DNA from: Candidatus Falkowbacteria bacterium | Lineage (GTDB): Bacteria; Patescibacteriota; Patescibacteriia; JAACEG01 | Assembly: GCA_018651725.1 (NCBI GenBank) | Contig: JABIDK010000014.1 | Location: 70,625 to 134,624 of the forward strand | Reading direction: 5' to 3' | DNA length: 64,000 nucleotides | Part shown: positions 46,942 to 57,984 of the stretch, piece by piece | How the letters are laid out: each line of letters opens with the position of its first letter | Position numbering within the stretch: position 1 is the stretch's first letter | Notes under the pieces: generated by a model | Told to the model about the DNA's origin: nothing | What the model saw: only the letters and a program-made list of their open reading frames with translations | Database searches by the model: none | Made by a program: the position numbers and the translations under genes

Positions 46942-46980
46942 CTCACCGCAGAGGCTTTCAAAGCTCTGCGGTTTTTTATT
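46942..46980 (+). terminator. Rho-independent terminator; copy 1 of an identical 39-nt element
   Basis: CACCGCAGAGGCTTTCAAAGCTCTGCGGTTTTTTATTGC is a hairpin plus U-tract. Confidence 0.7.
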
Positions 46981-47081
46981 GCGAATAAAACACTAGACAA
47001 AATTAAAAAAAGATTTACTATATAATAAAAAGTAATTTTATAGTTAAAACGAACCCTACAATATAATAAAGGAGGCAAAAA

Positions 47082-47822
47082 ATGGATGCTTGTGTTTTTA
47101 CTCATAAAGGTGACAGAGAGTATATGGAAGACACGATTTCTTTGGTTGAATGCTTTGGCGATCGTAAGGATTGGCTTTTTGGAGGAGTTTTTGATGGACA
47201 CGCCGGAGATAAGGTGGCGAAAAAAGCAGAAAAAAATTTGGCAAACGCTTTTTTGTATAATTTGAACACCTCTTTGTCTGTTCCAGGGGCTTTTAGGCAA
47301 TCGTATAAAACGATTTCTGAAGCAGAAAATTTTTTATTTTCCGGTTGTACCGCCCTTTGCTTTTTTGTAAACAAACAAGATATGTTTATAGCTAATGCCG
47401 GAGACTCACGATTAATTATAGTTGTTGATGGAGACATTGATCAAATAACAGAAGAGCATACTGTTAATAATCTTAAAGAACAAAAAAGAATAGAGAGCAA
47501 AGAAGGTAAAATTGAAGATGGGTATGTCTGGAAAGGACTGGACGGAAGAGTGCCTACTCGTGCTTTAGGTGATCATTATTTTGAGAGCGTTGGCGTAATT
47601 TCTGAACCGGAAATATTTTTTAGAACACTTCCAAAAAATAAAGAAGTTTTTATTATCGCTGCTACCGATGGTCTCTGGGATGAAGTAGATAACAGGGCAG
47701 CCGCAAAAATGGTTAAAGGGAAAAAATCACCCAAAGAAGCCGGTGAAGAGATTATGAACTCTTTTACCGCCTTTAGCACAGGTACATTGGACAACATCAG
47801 CTTGATTGTTGTCAAAATATAA
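47082..47822 (+). CDS. PP2C-family Ser/Thr protein phosphatase
   Basis: 246 aa. Metal-binding motifs FGVFDGHAGD, DG.WD and a C-terminal DN.S are present. An AAAGGAGG ribosome-binding site lies upstream. Confidence 0.8.
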   Translation: MDACVFTHKGDREYMEDTISLVECFGDRKDWLFGGVFDGHAGDKVAKKAEKNLANAFLYNLNTSLSVPGAFRQSYKTISEAENFLFSGCTALCFFVNKQDMFIANAGDSRLIIVVDGDIDQITEEHTVNNLKEQKRIESKEGKIEDGYVWKGLDGRVPTRALGDHYFESVGVISEPEIFFRTLPKNKEVFIIAATDGLWDEVDNRAAAKMVKGKKSPKEAGEEIMNSFTAFSTGTLDNISLIVVKI

Positions 47823-47844
47823 AAAGGTTGTATTATCAATTATC

Positions 47845-47883
47845 CACCGCAGAGGCTTTCAAAGCTCTGCGGTTTTTTATTGC
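47845..47883 (+). terminator. Rho-independent terminator; copy 2 of the identical 39-nt element
   Basis: The same 39-mer as at 46942..46980. Confidence 0.7.
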
Positions 47884-47961
47884 TATTTTAAATAATTATT
47901 GATATAATTTTATTTAAGCCATTGCTTAAATGCTTAAATGTTTATATGTTAAAATGATTTT

Positions 47962-48600
47962 ATGTTTATTATTTTTTCAATTTTTGTTTTAATTTATTCA
48001 GTTATTATTCATGAATACGCTCACGGTTGGATGGCCGACAGATTGGGCGATCCAACCGCTAGACACGCCGGACGGTTGACTTTAAATCCGATGCCGCACA
48101 TTGACCCGATCGGGAGTATTTTGATCCCAGGATTTTTAATTATGTCCGGCGCAAATTTTTTAATTGGTTGGGCAAAGCCAGTTCCGTTTAATCCATATAA
48201 TTTAAAAGACCAAAAGCACGGTTCAGCTAAAGTAGCTATTGCCGGTCCAGCGTCTAATTTTTTAATTGCCCTAACCTTTGGCTTAATTTTAAGATTTTTT
48301 CCAGCTGAAATGTTGTCTAACTATAATGTAGCTGTTTTTGCTCAGTTGCTATCTTACGTTGTTTGGCTTAATTTATTGTTGATGATTTTTAACTTAATCC
48401 CAATCCCGCCGCTCGACGGCTCAAAGGTTTTAATGACTATTCTTCCGTCGCATTACCAAGAAATTTTTCACCGCCTAGAACAGTGGGGAATGGTTATTTT
48501 GATTTTTTTCATCTTTGTTCTTTTCCCTTATGTTGTCCTCCCGATCTTATCTTTTCTCTTCAAATTAATAGTCGGAGCCCCATTTTATTTCTTCTTATAA
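47962..48600 (+). CDS. Site-2 protease family (peptidase M50) membrane metalloprotease
   Basis: 212 aa. HEYAHG (HExxH) lies in the first transmembrane segment, with NLIPIPPLDGSKV (LDG motif) downstream. Confidence 0.7.
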   Translation: MFIIFSIFVLIYSVIIHEYAHGWMADRLGDPTARHAGRLTLNPMPHIDPIGSILIPGFLIMSGANFLIGWAKPVPFNPYNLKDQKHGSAKVAIAGPASNFLIALTFGLILRFFPAEMLSNYNVAVFAQLLSYVVWLNLLLMIFNLIPIPPLDGSKVLMTILPSHYQEIFHRLEQWGMVILIFFIFVLFPYVVLPILSFLFKLIVGAPFYFFL

Positions 48601-48607
48601 AGAGCTC

Positions 48608-48635
48608 TTGACATATTTTTTAAATATGATTTAAT
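48608..48635 (+). promoter_or_regulatory. Candidate promoter of the str operon
   Basis: TTGACA, a 16-nt spacer, then TTTAAT, about 75 nt upstream of rpsL. Calls like this are weak in AT-rich DNA. Confidence 0.3.
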
Positions 48636-48712
48636 AGTAATTAAGGTAATGAATTACTCTTGCCTTTTTTATTTTACATAAAAAAGCTAGTAAAACTAGC
48701 GAAGATAAAAAG

Positions 48713-49132
48713 ATGCCAACAATAAATCAATTAGTTAGAATAGGAAGAAAAAGGACTATTAAGAAAACTAATACTCCGGCTCTTCGGACTACTTTGAATA
48801 CTTTAAGAAGAAGATCAAGAGAGTTACCAAAAGGTAGCCCTTTTAAGCGCGGGGTTTGTTTGAAGGTAACAACTACTACTCCGAAAAAACCAAACTCAGC
48901 TCTTCGTAAAATTGCCAGGGTAAGACTTTCTAACGGGATGGAAGTAACAGCTTATATCCCGGGAGTTGGTCATAATCTTCAAGAGCATTCAATTGTATTG
49001 ATTCGAGGAGGAAGGGTTTCTGATTTGCCGGGTGTACGATATCATATTGTTCGTGGAGTATATGATACTCAAGGAGTAGAAGGTAGAAAACAAAGCAGAA
49101 GTTTATACGGAGCAAAGAAAGAAAAAAAATAA
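48713..49132 (+). CDS. rpsL: Ribosomal protein S12
   Basis: 139 aa. MPTINQLVR...[10 protein letters not shown] is a near-universal S12 sequence. Confidence 0.95.
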   Translation: MPTINQLVRIGRKRTIKKTNTPALRTTLNTLRRRSRELPKGSPFKRGVCLKVTTTTPKKPNSALRKIARVRLSNGMEVTAYIPGVGHNLQEHSIVLIRGGRVSDLPGVRYHIVRGVYDTQGVEGRKQSRSLYGAKKEKK

Positions 49133-49153
49133 AAAATAATTTTAATAAAAAAT

Positions 49154-49624
49154 ATGCGAGGAAAAAAAGCGCCAAAAAGAAAAATTAAACCAGATGCAAA
49201 ATTTAACAATCTTAATATTGCTAAATTTATTAACTATATAATGGATGCAGGGAAAAAGTCTACTGCTGAGGCAATTGTTTATAATGCTTTTGATATTATT
49301 TCGGAAAAAACTAAGGACGACCCGGTTGTTATTTTTGACAGAGCTGTTAAAAATATAACCCCATCTTTAGAGGTAAAAGGAAAAAGAGTTGGTGGAGCTA
49401 ACTATCAGGTACCAATGATGGTTAAGGGAACAAGAAAATTTCAATTAGCCAGCCGTTGGATTATTGCAGCAGCTAAAGCAAGAAAAGGAAAACCAATGCA
49501 AGAAAAATTAGCCTTTGAATTAATGGACGCAGCCAAAGGAGAAGGCGCTGCTATGAAGAAAAAAGAAGATGTCAGAAGAATGGCTGAAGCAAACAGAGCC
49601 TTCGCCCATTTTGCAAGATATTAA
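49154..49624 (+). CDS. rpsG: Ribosomal protein S7
   Basis: 156 aa. S7 blocks are present and it sits in the str operon position. Confidence 0.95.
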   Translation: MRGKKAPKRKIKPDAKFNNLNIAKFINYIMDAGKKSTAEAIVYNAFDIISEKTKDDPVVIFDRAVKNITPSLEVKGKRVGGANYQVPMMVKGTRKFQLASRWIIAAAKARKGKPMQEKLAFELMDAAKGEGAAMKKKEDVRRMAEANRAFAHFARY

Positions 49625-49633
49625 AAAATTAAT

Positions 49634-51727
49634 ATGCCAAGAGAATTTCCACTTGAAAAATTAAGAAACATTGGGATTATTGCTCATATCGACGCCGGTA
49701 AAACTACGGTTACCGAGCGTGTTTTGTATTACACAGGAAAAAAACATAAAATCGGTGAAGTTCATGAAGGAGCAGCTGAAATGGATTGGATGGAGCAAGA
49801 GCAGGAAAGAGGAATTACAATTACCTCTGCTGCCACCACTTGTTTTTGGAAAGATCACAACATTAATATTATCGATACCCCGGGACATATTGATTTTACA
49901 GCTGAGGTACAAAGATCTCTCCGCGTACTAGACGGTGGGATTGTTATTTTTGATGGAGTAGCCGGAGTAGAGCCACAGTCAGAAACTGTTTGGCATCAAG
50001 CCGATGGCTTTAAAGTTCCGCGTTTAGCTTTTGTTAATAAGCTGGATAGAACCGGAGCTGATTTTTATTATGACTTAAAAACTATTCACGAAAGATTAAC
50101 TAAAAATGCTTACCCTATCCAATTGCCGATTGGAGCAGAGGCTGATTTCAAGGGAATTATTGACTTAATTGAGGAAAAAGCTATTATCTATCAAGATGAT
50201 ATGGGGACCAAATGGGAAGAAACAGACATCCCGGAAGATATGAAGGAAAAAGCAAAAAAATATCGCGGAGAGCTAATTGAAGCGGTTGTTGAAAACGATG
50301 AAGAGTTAATGAATAAATATTTAGAAGGTAAAGAAGTATCTGTAGAGGAGATTAAAAAAACTTTAAGAAAAGCTGTTATCAATAATAAAATCGTACCGGT
50401 CTTATGCGGGACAGCCCTTAAAAATAAAGGAGTTCAATTTTTATTGGACGCAGCTGTAGAGTATTTACCAAGTCCACTTGATGTTCCGGCAGTTGAAGGT
50501 TATGACCCAAAAGATGAAGAGAAAATTATTCAAGCAAGTCCTTCCGATGATGAGCCTTTTACAGCCTTAGCTTTTAAAATTGCGGTAGATCCATTTGTTG
50601 GAAAGCTATGTTTTTTCAGAGTATATTCAGGATCGTTAAAATCAGGATCTTATGTGTTGAATGTTAATACCGGAAAAAAAGAAAGAGTTGGGAGGATCGT
50701 GAAAATGCATGCCAACAAAAGAGAAGAAGTTCCTGAAATTCACGCTGGTGAAATCGCTGCTATGGTTGGTCTTAAAAGTACTTTTACCGGACACTCTTTA
50801 ACAGATCCGAACAGACCGGTAATGCTTGAAACTATTACATTCCCAGAACCGGTTATCTCTGTTGCTATTGAACCAAAAACAAAGGCTGATCAAGAAAAAA
50901 TGGGGATTGCTCTACAAAAGTTAGGAGAAGAAGATCCAACCTTTAGAATAAAAACAGACGAAGAAACAGCCCAAACTATTATCTCTGGAATGGGAGAATT
51001 GCATTTGGATATTATTATCGATAGAATGAAAAGAGAATTTAAAGTTGAAGCAAATATTGGTGAACCGCAGGTAGCTTACAAAGAAACAATTAAAAAGATG
51101 GCAAAAGCTCAAGGAAAGTATGTTCACCAATCAGGTGGACGTGGGCAATATGGTGATTGTTGGTTAAGGATTGAACCGCTTGAAGACGATGAAAAAGAAT
51201 TTGAATTTTCCAGTGAGATTAAAGGAGCATCAATTCCTAATGATTATATCCCGGCAATTGAAAAAGGCGTAAAAGAAGCCTTGGGTAGCGGAGTAGTGGC
51301 TGGATATCCGATGCTTAATATCAAAGTAGCTGTTTATGACGGATCTTATCATGAAGTTGATTCATCTGAAGTAGCTTTTAAAATAGCCGCAACAAGAGGT
51401 TTTCAGGAGGCAGCTAAACTGGCTAATCCGATTTTGCTTGAACCGATAATGAAAGTTGATGTTGTTACTCCGGAAGATTTTATGGGAGATGTGATTGGAA
51501 ATCTTAATTCAAAGCGTGGACAAATTGAAGAAATGGAAGACAGGGGACAGGGGGTAATGAAGGTAAAGGTTGTTAAAGCTAAGGTGCCACTTTCTGAAAT
51601 GTTTGGTTACGCCACTGAACTTCGATCGATGACTCAAGGAAGAGCATCGTATGCTATGGAGTTTTCTAACTACGCTGAAACACCAAAAAATGTAACAGAG
51701 AAGATTGTTGAAGGAAAGCAGAAATAG
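49634..51727 (+). CDS. fusA: Elongation factor G
   Basis: 697 aa. G-domain motifs [18 protein letters not shown], plus domains II-V. Confidence 0.95.
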   Translation: MPREFPLEKLRNIGIIAHIDAGKTTVTERVLYYTGKKHKIGEVHEGAAEMDWMEQEQERGITITSAATTCFWKDHNINIIDTPGHIDFTAEVQRSLRVLDGGIVIFDGVAGVEPQSETVWHQADGFKVPRLAFVNKLDRTGADFYYDLKTIHERLTKNAYPIQLPIGAEADFKGIIDLIEEKAIIYQDDMGTKWEETDIPEDMKEKAKKYRGELIEAVVENDEELMNKYLEGKEVSVEEIKKTLRKAVINNKIVPVLCGTALKNKGVQFLLDAAVEYLPSPLDVPAVEGYDPKDEEKIIQASPSDDEPFTALAFKIAVDPFVGKLCFFRVYSGSLKSGSYVLNVNTGKKERVGRIVKMHANKREEVPEIHAGEIAAMVGLKSTFTGHSLTDPNRPVMLETITFPEPVISVAIEPKTKADQEKMGIALQKLGEEDPTFRIKTDEETAQTIISGMGELHLDIIIDRMKREFKVEANIGEPQVAYKETIKKMAKAQGKYVHQSGGRGQYGDCWLRIEPLEDDEKEFEFSSEIKGASIPNDYIPAIEKGVKEALGSGVVAGYPMLNIKVAVYDGSYHEVDSSEVAFKIAATRGFQEAAKLANPILLEPIMKVDVVTPEDFMGDVIGNLNSKRGQIEEMEDRGQGVMKVKVVKAKVPLSEMFGYATELRSMTQGRASYAMEFSNYAETPKNVTEKIVEGKQK

Positions 51728-51742
51728 TTTTTAGATCAACGC

Positions 51743-51770
51743 TTGACAAGTTCTAAAAATGTGTTAATAT
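51743..51770 (+). promoter_or_regulatory. Candidate internal promoter upstream of tuf
   Basis: TTGACA, a 16-nt spacer, then TAATAT with TG immediately upstream. Confidence 0.3.
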
Positions 51771-51855
51771 AAATAAAGTTTTTAATAAATAATTAATCTA
51801 AGCAATTGGATAAAACTCCTTTATTAGGAGGTTGCTTATTAAGGAGAATAAAAAA

Positions 51856-53046
51856 ATGGCAGAAAAATTTGAGAGAACAAAACCGCATGTTAACATTGGT
51901 ACCATTGGTCACGTTGATCATGGTAAAACAACTTTAACTGCGGCTATGTTAAAAGTTTTAGCAGCTAAAGGTCTTGTTGCTTCAACTAAAAATGTAGACC
52001 AAATTGATGCTGCTCCGGAAGAAAAGGAGCGCGGTATTACTATTGCAACTGCTCACGTTGAGTACGAGTCAGAAAAAAGACATTACGCTCACGTTGATTG
52101 TCCGGGACATGCTGATTATGTTAAAAACATGATTACCGGTGCCGCTCAAATGGACGGAGCAATTTTAGTAGTAGCGGCTACTGACGGACCTATGCCTCAA
52201 ACTAGAGAGCATATTCTTTTAGCCCGTCAAGTTGGTGTTCCTTCTATCGTTGTATTTTTAAATAAAATCGATCAAGTAGAAGAACCGGAACTTGTTGATT
52301 TAGTTGAACAAGAAGTTCGAGATCTTCTTAATAAGTATGACTTTCCTGGAGACACAACTCCTATAATTAGAGGTTCAGCTCTAAAAGCTTTAGAAAACCC
52401 TGATAACGACGAACACGCTAAGCCGATTATGGATTTACTTGATGCTGTTGATGAACATATCCCAGAGCCGGAACGTGCAATTGATCAACCATTTTTAATG
52501 CCGATTGAAGATATTTTTTCTATTGAAGGTCGTGGAACAGTGGTTACCGGAAGAGTTGAAAGAGGTATTGTTAAAGTTGGTGAAGAAATTGAAATAGTTG
52601 GTATTAAAGATACTTTTAAAACAACCGTTACCGGAGTAGAGATGTTTAATAAACAACTAGACGAAGGTCGCGCTGGAGACAACGCCGGAATTTTGCTTCG
52701 TGGTATTAAAAAAGATGAAGTAGAAAGAGGTCAAGTTTTAACTAAACCGGGAACAGTTACCCCTCATACTGAATTTGAAGGTGAAGTATACGTATTAAGT
52801 AAAGAAGAGGGAGGAAGACATAAACCGTTTTTTAAAGGTTACAAACCACAATTTTATATTAGAACAACCGATGTTACAGGAGAAGTAATTTTACCGGAAG
52901 GAACAGAGATGGTGATGCCCGGAGATACTGTAAAGATTAATATTAAATTGATTGCTCCTATCGCGCTTGAAGAAAAGCAAAAATTTGCTATTCGTGAAGG
53001 TGGGCGAACAGTTGGGGCAGGAGTAGTTACAAAAGTTATTAAATAG
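51856..53046 (+). CDS. tuf: Elongation factor Tu
   Basis: It starts at [26 protein letters not shown], with an AAGGAG ribosome-binding site 10 nt upstream. The ORF-track start at 51832 is an upstream in-frame extension. 396 aa. Confidence 0.95.
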   Translation: MAEKFERTKPHVNIGTIGHVDHGKTTLTAAMLKVLAAKGLVASTKNVDQIDAAPEEKERGITIATAHVEYESEKRHYAHVDCPGHADYVKNMITGAAQMDGAILVVAATDGPMPQTREHILLARQVGVPSIVVFLNKIDQVEEPELVDLVEQEVRDLLNKYDFPGDTTPIIRGSALKALENPDNDEHAKPIMDLLDAVDEHIPEPERAIDQPFLMPIEDIFSIEGRGTVVTGRVERGIVKVGEEIEIVGIKDTFKTTVTGVEMFNKQLDEGRAGDNAGILLRGIKKDEVERGQVLTKPGTVTPHTEFEGEVYVLSKEEGGRHKPFFKGYKPQFYIRTTDVTGEVILPEGTEMVMPGDTVKINIKLIAPIALEEKQKFAIREGGRTVGAGVVTKVIK

Positions 53047-53060
53047 TTTTATTATTTGTT

Positions 53061-53084
53061 AAGCCCGACTTTAAAGTCGGGCTT
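53061..53084 (+). other. Perfect hairpin AAGCCCGAC-TTTAAA-GTCGGGCTT between tuf and rpsJ, without a U-tract
   Basis: Read directly. It is a possible processing site or weak terminator. Confidence 0.35.
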
Positions 53085-53098
53085 AACACACATAACAC

Positions 53099-53449
53099 AT
53101 GACTGACAAGAAAACAACTGAAGAAAAAACTGAGAATACGAGCAAAGAACAAAGAATTCGTATCAAGATTAAAGCATTTGACAGCAAAGTGATCGATAGA
53201 TCAACTAAGACGATCATTGAAACCGCTGAAAGATCAGGGGCTCAAGTTAAAGGACCAGTGCCTTTGCCAACATCTATTAAGAAGCACACCGTTCTTCGTT
53301 CAACTTTTGTTCATAAAGACGCCAGAGATCAGTACGAGATGAGAATCCATAAAAGATTAATCGACATAATCAACCCGAACCCTAAAGCAATCGATGATTT
53401 AATGAGTTTAAATTTACCGTCAGGCGTGAATATTGAGATTAAAATGTAA
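53099..53449 (+). CDS. rpsJ: Ribosomal protein S10 with a roughly 17-aa N-terminal extension
   Basis: The core [10 protein letters not shown]...GPVPLPT is S10. Confidence 0.9.
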   Translation: MTDKKTTEEKTENTSKEQRIRIKIKAFDSKVIDRSTKTIIETAERSGAQVKGPVPLPTSIKKHTVLRSTFVHKDARDQYEMRIHKRLIDIINPNPKAIDDLMSLNLPSGVNIEIKM

Positions 53450-53575
53450 AAAGATCGTTTTATTTATATAATTTTCAAGTCAAAGAACTTCTAAGTTTTT
53501 AGAAAAGTATTGATAAGAAAATTCGTATATTATTAAGGAGGAAATAAAATAAAGCATAACCACTAGAGGAAAATT

Positions 53576-53624
53576 AAATTTATTGCATAATAATTTATTT
53601 AATGAATTATTATGTAATAAATTT
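53576..53624. promoter_or_regulatory. 20-bp inverted repeat (one mismatch) with a 9-nt spacer in the rpsJ-rplC gap
   Basis: AAATTTATTGCATAATAATT ... AATTATTATGTAATAAATTT. A consensus AAGGAGG lies about 35 nt upstream of it. Confidence 0.35.
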
Positions 53625-53661
53625 AATAAGCTGGCTTTATTTATAGTCAGTTTTTATTTAT

Positions 53662-54444
53662 ATGAAATTTATTTTAGGACAAAAAAGAGAAATGTCTCAG
53701 ATATATGTAGAGAACAATGTAATTCCTGTTACAGCGATTGAAACAGGTGACTGTAAGATTGTTCAAGTTAAAACGATTGATAGCGATGGATATGAAGCTA
53801 TTCAAGTAGGTTTTTTGACTAAAAAAAATATAAATAAACCAGCCAAAGGGCATTGCAAAGGGTTGGGAAATTTTAAGCATTTAAAAGAGTTTAGATCTGA
53901 GAAAAATGAATTTAAAATTGGTGATATTTTAGATATAAATAGCTTTGAAGTAGGAGATAAGGTTCAAGTAACAGGATCGTCAAAGGGAAAAGGTTTTCAA
54001 GGAGTTGTTAAGCGACATGGTTTTCATGGAGCACCTGCTTCTCATGGAACAAAAGATCAATTAAGAATGCCCGGTTCAATCGGAGCAACCGGTCCGGCCC
54101 ATGTTTTTAAGGGAACAAAAATGGGGGGACAAATGGGTAATCAGCAGTCAACTGCTAAGGGCTTAGAAATAATTGAAATTGACAAAGAAAATAATTTAAT
54201 TAAAGTAAAAGGAGCTATTCCAGGTGCAAGAAATTCGTTAGTAGCTGTTAGTTGCGATGGTGAGATGAAAATCATTGAAAATAAAAAACCAGACAAGGTG
54301 AATTCCGGAGGAAAAGAGAGTGACCTGAGTCAAAAAACAGCAGATAAAAAGCAAGAAAATAAAGATTCAAGTAATCAGAAGATCGAGAAATCAACAAAAC
54401 AAGAAGATATCAAAAAAGAAGAAAAGAAAGAAGATAAAAAATAA
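53662..54444 (+). CDS. rplC: Ribosomal protein L3 with a K/E/D-rich C-terminal extension
   Basis: 260 aa. L3 core with an approximately 50-aa charged tail. Confidence 0.9.
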   Translation: MKFILGQKREMSQIYVENNVIPVTAIETGDCKIVQVKTIDSDGYEAIQVGFLTKKNINKPAKGHCKGLGNFKHLKEFRSEKNEFKIGDILDINSFEVGDKVQVTGSSKGKGFQGVVKRHGFHGAPASHGTKDQLRMPGSIGATGPAHVFKGTKMGGQMGNQQSTAKGLEIIEIDKENNLIKVKGAIPGARNSLVAVSCDGEMKIIENKKPDKVNSGGKESDLSQKTADKKQENKDSSNQKIEKSTKQEDIKKEEKKEDKK

Positions 54445-54456
54445 ATTTTTTTAAAT

Positions 54457-55110
54457 ATGTCTGATATTAAAGTAAAATTATATAATCGAAAAGCAGAAGA
54501 AGTTGGAGAAGAGAAATTAAGCTCTGATATTTTTGGCTTAACAGTAAATCAGGAGCTAGTTAAACAGGTAGTAGTGGCTCAGAACGCTAATTCAAGACAA
54601 GTGTTAGCTCACACGAAAGGTAGAAGTGAAGTTAGAGGTGGTGGTAAAAAGCCATGGAAACAGAAAGGAACTGGTAAAGCCAGAGCCGGATCAAGTAGAA
54701 GTCCTATTTGGATCGGCGGTGGAGTTACTTTTGGTCCAACAAAAGACAGAAATTTTTCTTTAAAAATAAATAAAAAGATGAAAAGAAAAGCACTTCTTAT
54801 GGGAGTGTCTGATAAAGTAAAAAATAATAGTATAATACTTTTGGATAAGTTGGAAATGGATAAAATCAAAACAAAAGAAATGGCTAAAATATTTCAAAAT
54901 TTTCAAGAAAAAGTTATAGATAAAAAAACAAAAGCCAGTATGTTATTGATTCTGGGAGATAAAAATGAAAATGTTATTAAGTCTGTTAGTAATATTAACA
55001 AAGTAACTGTAATGGGAGCAGATAGTTTAAATATAGTGGATATTTTAAGATACGAGTATTTATTAATTACTGCAGAAGGTGTTAAGAAAATGGAAAAGAT
55101 ATATAAATAA
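54457..55110 (+). CDS. rplD: Ribosomal protein L4
   Basis: 217 aa. Position and L4 blocks (RGGGKKPWKQKGTGKARAGS). Confidence 0.9.
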   Translation: MSDIKVKLYNRKAEEVGEEKLSSDIFGLTVNQELVKQVVVAQNANSRQVLAHTKGRSEVRGGGKKPWKQKGTGKARAGSSRSPIWIGGGVTFGPTKDRNFSLKINKKMKRKALLMGVSDKVKNNSIILLDKLEMDKIKTKEMAKIFQNFQEKVIDKKTKASMLLILGDKNENVIKSVSNINKVTVMGADSLNIVDILRYEYLLITAEGVKKMEKIYK

Positions 55111-55117
55111 TTATTAT

Positions 55118-55582
55118 ATGGGAATTTTTGATAAAATTAAAAAAAAGGTAATAAAAGATGAAGATAAAAAGATCAAGAAACCATCTTCTGTTAAAGTTGT
55201 GGCTGATAAAGAAATAAAGAAAGACGATGTAAAAAAAGGGCAAGACAAAAAAGTAGAAAAACCAAAACAAGATGTAAAAGCAACGGTTAAGGGTAGAAAA
55301 ATCGCTTACGATGTTTTAGTGAGACCGCTTATTACAGAAAAGGTTACAGATATGGGAGCTTTTAATAAATATGCTTTTGAGATTTCTATTAAATCAAATA
55401 AGCAAGAAGTTAAAAAAGCAGTACAAGAAGTTTACGGAGTAACACCTATTTCAGTTAACATTATAAATACGAAAGGTAAAAAAACAAGATCAGGTAGAAG
55501 GGCGGGAAAAAGAAAGGATTGGAAAAAAGCTATTATTACCTTAAAAAAAGGAGAAAAAATAGAAGTTTACGAAGGAGTTTAG
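55118..55582 (+). CDS. rplW: Ribosomal protein L23 with a K-rich N-terminal extension
   Basis: Start chosen at the ATG just after the rplD stop. The ORF track extends to 55079, inside rplD. The C-terminal core (YDVLVRPLITEK...) is L23. Confidence 0.85.
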   Translation: MGIFDKIKKKVIKDEDKKIKKPSSVKVVADKEIKKDDVKKGQDKKVEKPKQDVKATVKGRKIAYDVLVRPLITEKVTDMGAFNKYAFEISIKSNKQEVKKAVQEVYGVTPISVNIINTKGKKTRSGRRAGKRKDWKKAIITLKKGEKIEVYEGV

Positions 55583-55594
55583 ATAATTATTTAT

Positions 55595-56437
55595 ATGCCT
55601 ATTAAAAGATACAATCCAACTACGCCGGGAAGACGCAAATCATCTGTGCAGGATTTTTCTGATATTACAAAAAAGGAACCGGAAAAAGCATTAACAATGA
55701 TTAAGAAGAGATCCGGTGGAAGAAATAATCAAGGGAAAATTACAGTTAGGCATAGAGGTGGTGGCGCTAAAAGATATATTCGTATTATAGATTTTAAACA
55801 AGATAAATTTGATGTTCCGGCTAAAGTTACAGCAATTGAATATGACCCAAATAGAGGAGCAAGAATTGCTTTGCTTGAATATAAGGATAAGGTAAAAAAA
55901 TATATGATTGCGCCGATAAATGTTAAAGTTGGAGATACGATCGTATCGTCTAAAGATAAGGAAACAGAGATAAAGGAAGGAAACAGAATGATGTTGGAAC
56001 ATATTCCGGCAGGAATGAATGTTTACAGTATTGAGCTTATTCCAGGCAAAGGTGGTCAAGTTGCCAGAGGTGCCGGAACAGCAGTAAAGTTAATGGCGAT
56101 TGAAGGAAAATATGCGCAATTAAAAATGCCATCCGGAGAAATAAGATTGGTTCAAAAAGAATGTATGGCAACGATCGGTCAAGTTGGTAATCCTGATTAC
56201 AGATTAGTTCGATGGGGTAAGGCCGGAAGAACAAGGCACAAAGGAATTCGCCCGACTGTTCGTGGAAAAGTAATGAATCCGGTAGATCATCCTCACGGTG
56301 GAGGAGAGGGAAATCAACCTATTGGTTTGAAACATCCTAAGACCCCCTGGGGTAAACCGGCTCTTGGAGTTAAAACAAGAAAGAAAAATAAAAGTTCAAG
56401 CAAATTTATCTTACAAAGAAGAAAAAAGAAACGATAA
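55595..56437 (+). CDS. rplB: Ribosomal protein L2
   Basis: 280 aa. Has the L2 GGGEG loop ([13 protein letters not shown]). Confidence 0.95.
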   Translation: MPIKRYNPTTPGRRKSSVQDFSDITKKEPEKALTMIKKRSGGRNNQGKITVRHRGGGAKRYIRIIDFKQDKFDVPAKVTAIEYDPNRGARIALLEYKDKVKKYMIAPINVKVGDTIVSSKDKETEIKEGNRMMLEHIPAGMNVYSIELIPGKGGQVARGAGTAVKLMAIEGKYAQLKMPSGEIRLVQKECMATIGQVGNPDYRLVRWGKAGRTRHKGIRPTVRGKVMNPVDHPHGGGEGNQPIGLKHPKTPWGKPALGVKTRKKNKSSSKFILQRRKKKR

Positions 56438-56454
56438 TTAATAATTTAAATCTT

Positions 56455-56733
56455 ATGTCAAGAAGTTTAAAAAAAGGTCCATATATAAATGAAAAATTGA
56501 TGAAGAAGATTCAGAATTTGAAGCAAGGTGATAAGACCGTGATTAAAACATGGGACAGAGCCTGTACTATTGCTCCGGAAATGGTTGGCTTTACGATCGG
56601 AGTTCATAACGGTAGAGAGCATACCCCAGTTTTTGTATCAGAAAATATGGTTGGGCATAAGTTAGGTGAGTTTTCTCCAACAAGAAAGTTTATATCCCAC
56701 GGAGGAAAAATGGCCAAAACACAAGTAAAGTAA
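56455..56733 (+). CDS. rpsS: Ribosomal protein S19
   Basis: 92 aa. [11 protein letters not shown]...HNGREH. Confidence 0.95.
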   Translation: MSRSLKKGPYINEKLMKKIQNLKQGDKTVIKTWDRACTIAPEMVGFTIGVHNGREHTPVFVSENMVGHKLGEFSPTRKFISHGGKMAKTQVK

Positions 56734-56765
56734 GTAGATAATTCACAGTTTATAATTAAATTCAT

Positions 56766-57269
56766 ATGGAAATTAAAGCTAAAGCCAGATACATTAAAAT
56801 GAGCCCGAAAAAAATTCGGTTGGTTATTGATGTTATCAGAAACATGGAAGTTGTTGATGCTTTAGCTCAGCTTAAATTTATAAATAAGCTTGCCACAAAG
56901 CCGGTTGATAAACTTTTAAATTCAGCTGTTGCTAACGCTAAGCATAATTTTGACACAGAAAAAGATAACCTATATATTAAAGAAATAAGAGTTGACGAAG
57001 GTCCAACCACAAAAAGATGGAAACCAAGAGCTTTTGGAAGAGCCAGCACGATTAGAAAAAGAAGTTCACATATTTCTATAATATTAAAAGCAAAGAAAGA
57101 GACTATTAAGAAAGAAGATGTTAAAAAAGAAAAATTAGCTAAACCAGAAATTGTTAAAGAAAAGATAAAAGAGTCATCTGAAAAAGAATCTCATAAAGAC
57201 GATAAGGGAAAAGCAGTAAAAACACAAGAAGGAACTTCTAAAAAAATGTTTAGAAGAAAAGCAGTATAA
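56766..57269 (+). CDS. rplV: Ribosomal protein L22 with a K/E-rich C-terminal extension
   Basis: 167 aa. L22 core plus an approximately 55-aa charged tail. Confidence 0.9.
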   Translation: MEIKAKARYIKMSPKKIRLVIDVIRNMEVVDALAQLKFINKLATKPVDKLLNSAVANAKHNFDTEKDNLYIKEIRVDEGPTTKRWKPRAFGRASTIRKRSSHISIILKAKKETIKKEDVKKEKLAKPEIVKEKIKESSEKESHKDDKGKAVKTQEGTSKKMFRRKAV

Positions 57270-57293
57270 ATAATAATATAAACATAATATTGT

Positions 57294-57983
57294 ATGGGAC
57301 AAAAAGTTCATCCAAAATCATTTAGACTAAATAGTATTTATAACTGGGGATCCAGTTGGTTTTCTGAAAAAAAATTCGGTAAATTTTTACGTGAAGATAT
57401 TTTGATAAAAGAATACATAAAAAAGAAGTTAAAAAATATGGGTATTGCCGAGGTGAATGTTAAAAGATCGGGTGAATCTTTTGAAATAGATATTTATTCT
57501 TCTAAACCGGGAATGATAATCGGTCGTGGAGGATCAGGAATTGAAACTTTGCAGAATGATATTATGAAAGATTTTTTCAAAGAATATAATAATAAAAAAG
57601 TTAAACCTTCTATTAATTTAAATATAAAAGAAGTTAAAAATATTAATTTAACAGCTGAACTGGTTGCAGAAAATATTGTAACAGATATAGAAAAAAGAGT
57701 TCCTTTTAGAAAGGTTATAAAACAGGTTGCCGGTAGAGTGAAAAAGGCAGGAGCCAAAGGAGTTAAAATCATGGTTGCGGGTCGTTTAAACGGAGCTGAA
57801 ATTGCCAGAAGTGAACATGTTTCAGAGGGGAATTTACCACTTCATACTTTAAGAGCGGATATTGATTACGCGTCTAAGCCTGCAAATACTATTTATGGAG
57901 TAATTGGAGTAAAAGTATGGATTTATAAAGGAGAAATTTTTGATAAAAAGAATAATAAAATAAAAGATAATAAAGTTTTATAA
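57294..57983 (+). CDS. rpsC: Ribosomal protein S3
   Basis: 229 aa. [12 protein letters not shown] plus a KH domain. Confidence 0.95.
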   Translation: MGQKVHPKSFRLNSIYNWGSSWFSEKKFGKFLREDILIKEYIKKKLKNMGIAEVNVKRSGESFEIDIYSSKPGMIIGRGGSGIETLQNDIMKDFFKEYNNKKVKPSINLNIKEVKNINLTAELVAENIVTDIEKRVPFRKVIKQVAGRVKKAGAKGVKIMVAGRLNGAEIARSEHVSEGNLPLHTLRADIDYASKPANTIYGVIGVKVWIYKGEIFDKKNNKIKDNKVL

Positions 57984-57984
57984 T

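Noticed and set aside
51832-51855. Upstream extension of tuf (MLIKENKK...) in the ORF track.
   Set aside because: The conserved EF-Tu N-terminus starts at the internal Met (51856), with an AAGGAG ribosome-binding site 10 nt upstream. The extension contains that site.
55079-55117. Upstream extension of rplW overlapping the rplD 3' end.
   Set aside because: An ATG at 55118 lies just after the rplD stop and gives a conventional arrangement. The extension is probably spurious.
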